Part shown: positions 13,964-25,135 of the stretch, in pieces
Numbering within the stretch: position 1 is the stretch's first letter
Layout: each line of letters starts with the position of its first letter
From: Nemertoderma westbladi
Lineage: Eukaryota > Animalia > Xenacoelomorpha
NCBI GenBank assembly: GCA_032718475.1
Contig: JAUCBJ010001313.1
Span: forward strand, 1 to 52,299
Direction of reading: 5' to 3'
DNA length: 52,299 nt
Notes under the pieces: generated by a model
The model's database searches: none
Seen by the model: only the letters and a program-made list of their open reading frames with translations
Told to the model about the DNA's origin: nothing
Program-made: the position numbers and the translations under genes

Positions 13964-15508
13964 ATGACTGAGTTGATAGAATATGATCTTGGTATCAGGG
14001 AGCGATATACCCTACCATTGCAAGCGTTTGTTGATAGTTTAATACGCGGCGACGTTAGTCAACCCACTACGGAGGACGATGGCCGTTATATCGAACCGCC
14101 AATGTCAAAGGAACAGCTCACGCGTGAATTGGACTATAGAAAATCTCGCTATACGCATCGTAATGGTACGCATATGGACTTTTTAACTACTGGTCATCCT
14201 ATCGCTTTACACGATACGGACGATGTCGACACCGAAAGGGAAATGGTCCTATTTAAATATCATGCCCAGCGGAGTCGGAACGATAAATTGAGAATCGAAT
14301 GCGAAAATTCTATTCGAAATCGACTCGTAAGAGAAGACGTTAAAGAACCGGATAAACGCAGTGACTCCAACGTATATTTGGAATTCTTGAGAGAAACATT
14401 GTAAAACTGAAGAAAGATCACCCGCGTTTCCCCTACAAGACGTGCGTCTTTGGTATTATTACGATGAATGTCCTAGACCCAACCAACAAACGGAAAGACA
14501 TAAACATCCGCGGAAACGTTGAGCTAAACACAGTTTTACTCGCTATATTTATGGGAGTTTCGAGCGAAACTTGTTTGATGTATCACCTACGCTCGCTCGA
14601 CTCAAACGATCCTTAAATAAACCCATGATCAGAGTTCCGGAATACTCGGTCAGACCTCCTCATTCCCTGGTGAGACCTCAGACTCTTGATCCTAATAGTA
14701 TCACGAATCCTCCCGAGCTTACTCACTGTTCAAAGATCTAGTGTTACCCGAACAATTAGTCGGTGGCACTCCGGTTGTGGGCTCCCTAGATATTCACCCA
14801 TCTTACCTAGCCGGATTGGGACGCGGACACCTAATATCGCCATTCAACCGTATAATCGTCCCTATTTAACCCGATACAACCTGTCACCGAGGTGGAGGAG
14901 AGAGTTGTACGCAACGCGTTAGACACTATTCGACAAAAGATCGGAAAAGGAACCTACGATTGTTTGGAGGAACGTGAGTTGCAGCAGCAAGTCCAAGCGG
15001 TGAACGAGTTGGCTTTATCTCAGTTCGATCGGGAAATCCAGAATCTCTAAGAAGATATCGAACTTGGACGACCCTACTCTCTAAACGAGTTTTAGACGAA
15101 TGCTTCCAACGACAAGCGGAGGAAAATCAGCTCGAGGAGAAGCATATCGATTTCGACAGAGCCCGAGAACGCGAGTCGGAAAGAACCATCAAACCGAGGA
15201 AATTTCTCACTACACACGGTCCACCTACCGCTCTTGTGCAGACGAATCGTCAGGGACCAGTAAGAGCTGCTGTCTTGAAACGCGCTCTGAAGGTTGTTCG
15301 ACCTCGTTCCACTGAGGTTGATACCGATCAACCGAGTACCTCGACCGGCGGATACACAGACCGTCATCCTAAACCTTCCGATGCAATTGTATTGCACCCT
15401 TCACCCAGGAGTTATAGCCCTCCTAGTAAAGTGGCTCGCCCCAAAGAGAAAAGGACTCTTGCTAGCCTCAAAAAACTGCGTAAACGCCGTTCGCGTAAGA
15501 AGGACTAA
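13964..15508 (+). pseudogene. Degenerate extra ORF (ORF3) of unknown function in the env position of the BEL element
   Basis: A 146-aa ORF from ATG 13964, coding-like segments in a shifted frame (14400-14740, 14865-15090), and a terminal open frame from ~15065 to 15508 ending KKLRKRRSRKKD; first and last segments share a frame (1545 nt in total). Confidence 0.55.
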
Positions 15509-16101
15509 CTGTTTAGAGTATTTTTATATTTTAGAAACTGTGATTTTTTATATTTTAAAGAATTAAATCCCATTTTCTGGGAGCGGTGTAAAAGCTTTTG
15601 CGGATATAACAAGCCATTTTTCTCCGCAATATACTGTGTAGGTGTTTTAGCGGACATAACAAGCCATTTTCTCCGCAATGCGCTTAATACTCTAAAAGAT
15701 AACTCAGATGACGCAATCTGTCAGCTGATTTACTGCCAATGCGGAACCTGAATCTCTCTTTGTTCTTTGTTCGGCTCAGCCAATCAGAGCGATTTTTACT
15801 TTGTGTTGGACAGTGCCTACAGAAACCCACACAATTCAGTCAGTGTGTATCTTTTCTAAGCCCAGAACACCGGCTTAGGATTCTTCTGTACTTCTGTGGA
15901 AGTCAGGATCAGAAACATCAGATGGCTTTGATTACAAGAACGTAAAACTATTAACAATTCAACTACTGAATCATTGCTGAATCATACTTCATATCTGAAT
16001 CGCCACACCGAGGCACTACGCAACGCGATTCAACTACACATACTGACTGTTCACCGCATTATTTGATTCTGTTATTAATTGGTGTTATGTTGGTATATAT
16101 T

Positions 16102-18654
16102 CAAGCATGCATTCTTAACATTCCTGGGAGACTTTAATGCAAGTTCCTGCCCGGGGTCTATACATCGCCCTGGGTCTATAGCAATAGTGTTAACCGAAAT
16201 TCTGTCCATCTTCAGGATTTTATCTCTGGAAATGGATTGTTTTCGGCTGGAACCCAGTTCAAGAAGCGAACTGGAAAGCTATGGACTCATAGTGGACCCA
16301 GTGATCACAAGTCCCAGATAGACCATATTCTGTTTCGTAGGAAATACAGGAGCTCTATACAAGACTGTAATGCATTTACACTTCGACCCTTCTCCAGTGA
16401 TCACCGCCTTATTGTGGCCAAGGTAAGACTTAGTCTGCGTGCTAGCAGAACAACGAAATCTGCCTTGCCGCGGCATGACTGGTCCTCTCTGTTGCAACAG
16501 CCAAGTGTGAGATCCAGCTTCACACTACAGCTGAGCAACAGGTATGAGGCTCTTGCCTCTGAGGCGGCAGATCACTGTGAGGGTTATACTGCCTTTACAG
16601 AAGCAGTTAAGTTAGCAGCTGCAGAAACAGTTCCTGTATACCCTCGAAACAGGAAAAGGGCCCCCTGGACTGACAACAAAATTCAGAAGTGCCGAAATGA
16701 CCTTCATAAGGCGCAGAAAGAGTCCCGACTCAAACAGACTACAGCGACCAAGAATGCAGTTAAGGCTGCATCTAGGTCCCTGAACAGGCAGTACTCTGCT
16801 AATCTACAGGAGCTAATAAACCAACAAGTTGATGCCATCAATGATGCTGACGACAGCAGGCAATCATCCCAGGCATGGAAATCGATCAATCTGCTTACTG
16901 GGCGGAAAAGCCAACCAACCACCAAGGTTAAGGCTGAATCACCAGCCGATCGCCTAAATGGTTGGAAAGCACACTTTGAAAAGCTCCTCAATAATGACAG
17001 GGTATTGCCTGATAACTTTATAGAAGTAAAAGTGTCTGAGTCTGTACTCCCAGATATTCCCATTGGCGATATCTCCTTTGCAGAAGTGAAGGCTGCTGCA
17101 AAGAGCATTAAGACCAATCGTGCCAGTGGAGTAGATGGTGTTCCCCCTGAGGTCTTTAAAATACCTGAGTGTTTAAAGCTCATCTATCCCATCATAGTAG
17201 ACATGTACCGAACAACAAGAGTCCCACAAGAAATGAAAACAAATAAGTTGGTGCCAGTTCCCAAGAAGGGCAACCTAACACTCTATGGTTCTTTTCGGGG
17301 AATCTCATTGATCTCGATTGCTGCAAAGCTATACAATAGGATTCTATTAAATCGCATCAGGGATCCCATTGAGAGACTGCTCCGTGGAAATCAGAATGGG
17401 TTCCGTAAAGGTCGTGGGACCATGGAGCCCATTTTGGCACTTAGAAGGATAATTGAAGAGTTATCAAAAAAGAAAGACAGGCATCTGGCTGTTATCTTTG
17501 TTGACTTCTTCAAGGCCTTTGATTCAGTCTCTCGCTCACGTATGTTCAGCATACTTTCATTATATGGGATTCCTGATGAAATTATTGCAGCAATCAGATC
17601 AGTATACGATGGTTCGACAACATTTGTGTCTACTGTTGACGGTGACACAGAACCATTTGAAGTGTTATGGGGCGTCCTCCAAGGAGACACACTTGCACCA
17701 TTCTTGTTCATTATTGTGGTTGACTATGTTCTACGCATGTCCTTAGATCATTATAATGATGATGGGGTGATGATAACTCCACCTACTGGCTCCAGAAGTC
17801 GAGGAAATCCTGCCAAGTACCTAACTGATCTAGACTTTGCTGATGACTTAGGAGTACTCTCAGAATCATTAGAGGGAGCCCAACGCCTCCTCAGCTCATT
17901 AGAACATGCTGCTTCTAGTGTTGGTCTTTTTATTAACTCCAGAAAGACCAAAATTCTGACAGTTAACTTTGAAAGTCCTCAGCAAGTCTCTGATCGGATG
18001 AGCATAAGCTCAAAGGATGGTATGCTTGAGCATGTGGACGACTTCTGTTACCTGGGATCATGGATCCGGAAGAGAGGTGAGGACCTTCGAATACGTAAGG
18101 GAAAGGCATGGGCAGCCTTGAATAGGCTTTCCAGGATTTGGAAGTCACCGAGAATTAATCGGAAACTTAAGGTCCGATTATTTAGAGCAGCAGTAGTTCC
18201 AGTACTCCTCTACGGGAGTCCATGCTGGGCTCTAACTACTGAGGACACCAAATCTCTGGATGGCACATTCACAAGAATGCTACGCCGGGTTCATTGTGTC
18301 AAGTACAATGCACACATCTCCAACCAGACACTATATAACATTGGAGGTGTCTCATTGGTTCCCCCAAGCTTGACACTAGAACAAAATCGCCTCCGCTTTG
18401 CAGGACATTGCTTTCGCCGTGAGGACCAGCCAGTGCATAATCTTGTACTTTGGCAGCCTCATGGAGTGAATAAGCATGTTGGACAGCCCATGACTTTCTT
18501 GAGACGCATCTTAAAGGACACTGGCCTTAAAGATGCGGATGATCTAGCAAATGTCATGGGTGATAGGGAGTTGTGGCGGTGCAATTTTGTTGACAAGCCG
18601 GCACAGCATTCTTAAAAATGCAGCTGCAATGCGGCATGCCGATCCTAGTAGTAG
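16102..18654 (+). mobile_element. 5'-truncated non-LTR retrotransposon (RTE-like LINE)
   Basis: 11-bp TSD TGGTATATATT at 16091-16101 and 18655-18665 (single copy in the 5' LTR at 4652-4662); very short 3' UTR ending in (TAG)3; APE and RT motifs. Confidence 0.93.
16103..18615 (+). pseudogene. LINE ORF: C-terminal part of the APE endonuclease plus a complete reverse transcriptase
   Basis: GDFNA (~16127-16141), then an apparent 1-nt deletion into the long frame (KFLPG...NRNS..SQIDHIL..SDH); RT motifs QNGFR, DFFKAFDSV, QGDTLAP, DFADD, YLGS. Confidence 0.92.
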
Positions 18655-19367
18655 TGGTATATATTGCTGATATATTTGGAGAATACCGATGAATAATCAT
18701 AAAACCCTCAATCTCTTTGATTACTAAAGGTTAGAGGAACAGGTTTACCGGTAGCAACTGCGACTTACATTATAGTGGTTTTTGTGTGAATTGAATGCTA
18801 TTTCATAATCCCTACATGTGTCAGTTGCGATCCTCCTCATATATGATCAAATTCAGTGACGGTCGGCAGATCAGTGCGCAGTAGTGTGAACTAGTGTGAA
18901 GTCGTGTGAAGTAGTGTGAAGGTTAATAAAGCATCTCCTAAAGAATGCGCTTTTTACGAAACTCAGTAGCCATCCAGTTGTGATTAGTATAAGTCATAAC
19001 TCTGTTTTATACTTAAAGCGCCACGTCCTAAAGGAACTGTTAATATTTCCCCGAAAGTAAATATATTGTCAGAGATTATATATTAACGATCAATCGAATA
19101 ATACAGTAGGTCTACACTGCAATCACTATCAAAGCATCCGAATCCAGTCTCCCTTAACTGTGGGTGAATGGTCGCGCACAGGCTGGCTTCGGCTGATGTA
19201 ACTTCAGTACATTAAATAATTGATATACAAAAAGACAATTAAAATTGGCAGGTTAAACTGCTAAAGGTCTAAAAGCGCGAACATAAATAATGATCCATAA
19301 CTAAATAATGTAAATTACTCTATTTGACTTTTATTGTTTTGGTTAGAATAACGTGCCATTGTAACTA

Positions 19368-22300
19368 AATCCTATCCCTCTTCCTTTATTTAGTGCTAAT
19401 GAATATATTTAATCCTATCCCTCTTCCCTTATTTAGTGCTAATGAATATATTTAATCCTATCTCTCTTTCCCTTATTTAGTGCTAATGAATATATTTAAT
19501 CCTATCTCTCTTTCCCTTATTTAGTGCTAATGAATATATTTAATCCTATCTCTCTTTCCCTTATTTAGTGCTAATGAATATATTTAATCCTATCTCTCTT
19601 TCCCTTATTTAGTGGTAATGAATATATTTAATCCTATCTCTCTTTCCCTTATTTAGTGGTAATGAATATATTTAATCCTATCTATCTTTCCCTTATTTAG
19701 TGCTAATGAATATATTTAATCCTATCTCTCTTTCCCTTATTTAGTGGTAATGAATATATTTAATCCTATCTCTCTTTCCTTTATTTAGTGGTAATGAATA
19801 TATTTAATCATATCTCTCTTTCCCTTATTTAGTGGTAATGAATATATTTAATCCTATCCCTCTTTCCTTTATTTAGTGGTAATGAATATATTTAATCATA
19901 TCTCTCTTTCCCTTATTTAGTGCTAATGAATATATTTAATCCTATCTCTCTTTCCCTTATTTAGTGCTAATGAATATATTTAATCCTATCTCTCTTTCCC
20001 TTATTTAGTGGTAATGAATATATTTAATCCTATCTCTCTTTCCCTTATTTAGTGCTAATGAATATATTTAATCCTATCTCTCTTTCCTTTATTTAGTGGT
20101 AATGAATATATTTAATCCTATCTCTCTTTCCCTTATTTAGTGGTAATGAATATATTTAATCCTATCTCTCTTTCCCTTATTTAGTGGTAATGAATATATT
20201 TAATCCTATCTCTCTTTCCTTTATTTAGTGCTAATGAATATATTTAATCCTATCTCTCTTTCCCTTATTTAGTGCTAATGAATATATTTAATCCTATCTC
20301 TCTTTCCCTTATTTAGTGCTAATGAATATATTTAATCCTATCTCTCTTTCCCTTATTTAGTGGTAATGAATATATTTAATCCTATCTCTCTTTCCTTTAT
20401 TTAGTGGTAATGAATATATTTAATCATATCTCTCTTTCCCTTATTTAGTGGTAATGAATATATTTAATCCTATCTCTCTTTCCCTTATTTAGTGGTAATG
20501 AATATATTTAATCATATCTCTCTTTCCTTTATTTAGTGGTAATGAATATATTTAATCATATCTCTCTTTCCCTTATTTAGTGGTAATGAATATATTTAAT
20601 CCTATCTCTCTTTCCCTTATTTAGTGCTAATGAATATATTTAATCCTATCTCTCTTTCCCTTATTTAGTGGTAATGAATATATTTAATCCTATCTCTCTT
20701 TCCCTTATTTAGTGCTAATGAATATATTTAATCATATCTCTCTTTCCCTTATTTAGTGGTAATGAATATATTTAATCCTATCTCTCTTTCCCTTATTTAG
20801 TGGTAATGAATATATTTAATCATATCTCTCTTTCCCTTATTTAGTGGTAATGAATATATTTAATCCTATCTCTCTTTCCCTTATTTAGTGCTAATGAATA
20901 TATTTAATCATATCTCTCTTTCCCTTATTTAGTGGTAATGAATATATTTAATCCTATCTCTCTTTCCCTTATTTAGTGCTAATGAATATATTTAATCCTA
21001 TCTCTCTTTCCTTTATTTAGTGCTAATGAATATATTTAATCCTATCTCTCTTTCCCTTATTTAGTGCTAATGAATATATTTAATCCTATCTCTCTTTCCC
21101 TTATTTAGTGGTAATGAATATATTTAATCATATCTCTCTTTCCTTTATTTAGTGGTAATGAATATATTTAATCATATCTCTCTTTCCCTTATTTAGTGGT
21201 AATGAATATATTTAATCCTATCTCTCTTTCCTTTATTTAGTGGTAATGAATATATTTAATCATATCTCTCTTTCCCTTATTTAGTGGTAATGAATATATT
21301 TAATCCTATCTCTCTTTCCCTTATTTAGTGGTAATGAATATATTTAATCATATCTCTCTTTCCTTTATTTAGTGGTAATGAATATATTTAATCCTATCTC
21401 TCTTTCCTTTATTTAGTGCTAATGAATATATTTAATCCTATCTCTCTTTCCCTTATTTAGTGCTAATGAATATATTTAATCATATCTCTCTTTCCCTTAT
21501 TTAGTGGTAATGAATATATTTAATCCTATCTCTCTTTCCCTTATTTAGTGGTAATGAATATATTTAATCATATCTCTCTTTCCCTTATTTAGTGGTAATG
21601 AATATATTTAATCATATCTCTCTTTCCCTTATTTAGTGGTAATGAATATATTTAATCCTATCTCTCTTTCCCTTATTTAGTGCTAATGAATATATTTAAT
21701 CATATCTCTCTTTCCTTTATTTAGTGGTAATGAATATATTTAATCATATCTCTCTTTCCCTTATTTAGTGGTAATGAATATATTTAATCCTATCTCTCTT
21801 TCCTTTATTTAGTGGTAATGAATATATTTAATCATATCTCTCTTTCCCTTATTTAGTGGTAATGAATATATTTAATCCTATCTCTCTTTCCCTTATTTAG
21901 TGGTAATGAATATATTTAATCATATCTCTCTTTCCTTTATTTAGTGGTAATGAATATATTTAATCCTATCTCTCTTTCCCTTATTTAGTGCTAATGAATA
22001 TATTTAATCCTATCTCTCTTTCCCTTATTTAGTGCTAATGAATATATTTAATCATATCTCTCTTTCCCTTATTTAGTGGTAATGAATATATTTAATCCTA
22101 TCTCTCTTTCCCTTATTTAGTGGTAATGAATATATTTAATCATATCTCTCTTTCCTTTATTTAGTGGTAATGAATATATTTAATCATATCTCTCTTTCCC
22201 TTATTTAGTGGTAATGAATATATTTAATCCTATCTCTCTTTCCCTTATTTAGTGCTAATGAATATATTTAATCATATCTCTCTTTCCCTTATTTAGTGCT

Positions 22301-25085
22301 AATGAATATATTTAATCATATCTCTCTTTCCCTTATTTAGTGGTAATGAATATATTTAATCCTATCTCTCTTTCCTTTATTTAGTGGTAATGAATATATT
22401 TAATCCTATCTCTCTTTCCTTTATTTAGTGGTAATGAATATATTTAATCCTATCTCTCTTTCCTTTATTTAGTGGTAATGAATATATTTAATCCTATCTC
22501 TCTTTCCTTTATTTAGTGGTAATGAATATATTTAATCCTATCTCTCTTTCCCTTATTTAGTGCTAATGAATATATTTAATCCTATCTCTCTTTCCCTTAT
22601 TTAGTGCTAATGAATATATTTAATCCTATCTCTCTTTCCCTTATTTAGTGGTAATGAATATATTTAATCCTATCTCTCTTTCCTTTATTTAGTGGTAATG
22701 AATATATTTAATCCTATCTCTCTTTCCCTTATTTAGTGCTAATGAATATATTTAATCCTATCTCTCTTTCCCTTATTTAGTGCTAATGAATATATTTAAT
22801 CCTATCTCTCTTTCCCTTATTTAGTGGTAATGAATATATTTAATCCTATCTCTCTTTCCCTTATTTAGTGGTAATGAATATATTTAATCCTATCTCTCTT
22901 TCCTTTATTTAGTGGTAATGAATATATTTAATCCTATCTCTCTTTCCCTTATTTAGTGCTAATGAATATATTTAATCCTATCTCTCTTTCCCTTATTTAG
23001 TGCTAATGAATATATTTAATCCTATCTCTCTTTCCCTTATTTAGTGCTAATGAATATATTTAATCCTATCTCTCTTTCCCTTATTTAGTGGTAATGAATA
23101 TATTTAATCCTATCTCTCTTTCCCTTATTTAGTGCTAATGAATATATTTAATCCTATCTCTCTTTCCCTTATTTAGTGGTAATGAATATATTTAATCCTA
23201 TCTCTCTTTCCCTTATTTAGTGCTAATGAATATATTTAATCCTATCTCTCTTTCCCTTATTTAGTGGTAATGAATATATTTAATCATATCTCTCTTTCCC
23301 TTATTTAGTGCTAATGAATATATTTAATCCTATCTCTCTTTCCCTTATTTAGTGGTAATGAATATATTTAATCCTATCTCTCTTTCCCTTATTTAGTGGT
23401 AATGAATATATTTAATCCTATCTCTCTTTCCCTTATTTAGTGCTAATGAATATATTTAATCCTATCTCTCTTTCCCTTATTTAGTGGTAATGAATATATT
23501 TAATCATATCTCTCTTTCCCTTATTTAGTGCTAATGAATATATTTAATCCTATCTCTCTTTCCCTTATTTAGTGGTAATGAATATATTTAATCCTATCTC
23601 TCTTTCCCTTATTTAGTGGTAATGAATATATTTAATCATATCTCTCTTTCCCTTATTTAGTGCTAATGAATATATTTAATCCTATCTCTCTTTCCCTTAT
23701 TTAGTGGTAATGAATATATTTAATCCTATCTCTCTTTCCCTTATTTAGTGCTAATGAATATATTTAATCCTATCTCTCTTTCCCTTATTTAGTGCTAATG
23801 AATATATTTAATCCTATCTCTCTTTCCCTTATTTAGTGCTAATGAATATATTTAATCCTATCTCTCTTTCCCTTATTTAGTGCTAATGAATATATTTAAT
23901 CCTATCTCTCTTTCCCTTATTTAGTGGTAATGAATATATTTAATCCTATCTCTCTTTCCCTTATTTAGTGCTAATGAATATATTTAATCCTATCTCTCTT
24001 TCCCTTATTTAGTGGTAATGAATATATTTAATCCTATCTCTCTTTCCCTTATTTAGTGCTAATGAATATATTTAATCCTATCTCTCTTTCCCTTATTTAG
24101 TGCTAATGAATATATTTAATCCTATCTCTCTTTCCCTTATTTAGTGCTAATGAATATATTTAATCATATCTCTCTTTCCTTTATTTAGTGGTAATGAATA
24201 TATTTAATCATATCTCTCTTTCCCTTATTTAGTGCTAATGAATATATTTAATCCTATCTCTCTTTCCCTTATTTAGTGCTAATGAATATATTTAATCCTA
24301 TCTCTCTTTCCCTTATTTAGTGGTAATGAATATATTTAATCCTATCTCTCTTTCCCTTATTTAGTGCTAATGAATATATTTAATCATATCTCTCTTTCCC
24401 TTATTTAGTGGTAATGAATATATTTAATCCTATCTCTCTTTCCTTTATTTAGTGCTAATGAATATATTTAATCATATCTCTCTTTCCCTTATTTAGTGCT
24501 AATGAATATATTTAATCCTATCTCTCTTTCCCTTATTTAGTGCTAATGAATATATTTAATCCTATCTCTCTTTCCCTTATTTAGTGGTAATGAATATATT
24601 TAATCCTATCTCTCTTTCCCTTATTTAGTGGTAATGAATATATTTAATCCTATCTCTCTTTCCCTTATTTAGTGGTAATGAATATATTTAATCCTATCTC
24701 TCTTTCCTTTATTTAGTGCTAATGAATATATTTAATCCTATCTCTCTTTCCCTTATTTAGTGCTAATGAATATATTTAATCCTATCTCTCTTTCCCTTAT
24801 TTAGTGCTAATGAATATATTTAATCCTATCTCTCTTTCCCTTATTTAGTGCTAATGAATATATTTAATCCTATCTCTCTTTCCCTTATTTAGTGCTAATG
24901 AATATATTTAATCATATCTCTCTTTCCCTTATTTAGTGGTAATGAATATATTTAATCCTATCTCTCTTTCCCTTATTTAGTGGTAATGAATATATTTAAT
25001 CATATCTCTCTTTCCCTTATTTAGTGCTAATGAATATATTTAATCCTATCTCTCTTTCCCTTATTTAGTGCTAATGAATATATTT
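19368..25085. repeat. 44-bp tandem satellite, ~130 copies
   Basis: TAATC(C/A)TATCTCTCTTTCC(C/T)TTATTTAGTG(C/G)TAATGAATATATT; period 44 (e.g. 19501 and 19545). Confidence 0.98.
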
Positions 25086-25135
25086 AGGGGAAACTAAATA
25101 TTTTAGTGATTATCCAGTTAAAATTTAGTGAAAAT

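Larger units (their letters stand above)
4084..19283 (+). mobile_element. BEL/Pao LTR retrotransposon, internally deleted (non-autonomous), with a LINE nested in the 3' LTR
   Basis: Direct LTRs TGTAAAAGC...GCGCGAACA; 5-bp TSD TAAAT at 4079-4083 and 19284-19288; gag with the BEL-type triple Cys-His knuckle; LLDSGS protease; purine-rich GGGAGCGG just before the 3' LTR. Confidence 0.95.
15587..19283 (+). repeat. 3' LTR, interrupted by a LINE at 16102-18654
   Basis: 15587-16101 and 18666-19283 align to the 5' LTR; lengths reconcile exactly with 49-bp and 15-bp indels. Confidence 0.96.

Noticed and set aside
7985-15095. In-frame TAA/TAG/TGA in BEL gag and ORF3 as a reassigned genetic code, programmed readthrough or fungal RIP
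   Set aside because: The REXO5-like, LINE and NPL frames use the standard code; frameshifts also occur; the stops fit ordinary C-to-T decay and LTR differences are of mixed types
16279-18148. Antisense and alternate-frame ORFs over the LINE
   Set aside because: Shadows of the RT ORF
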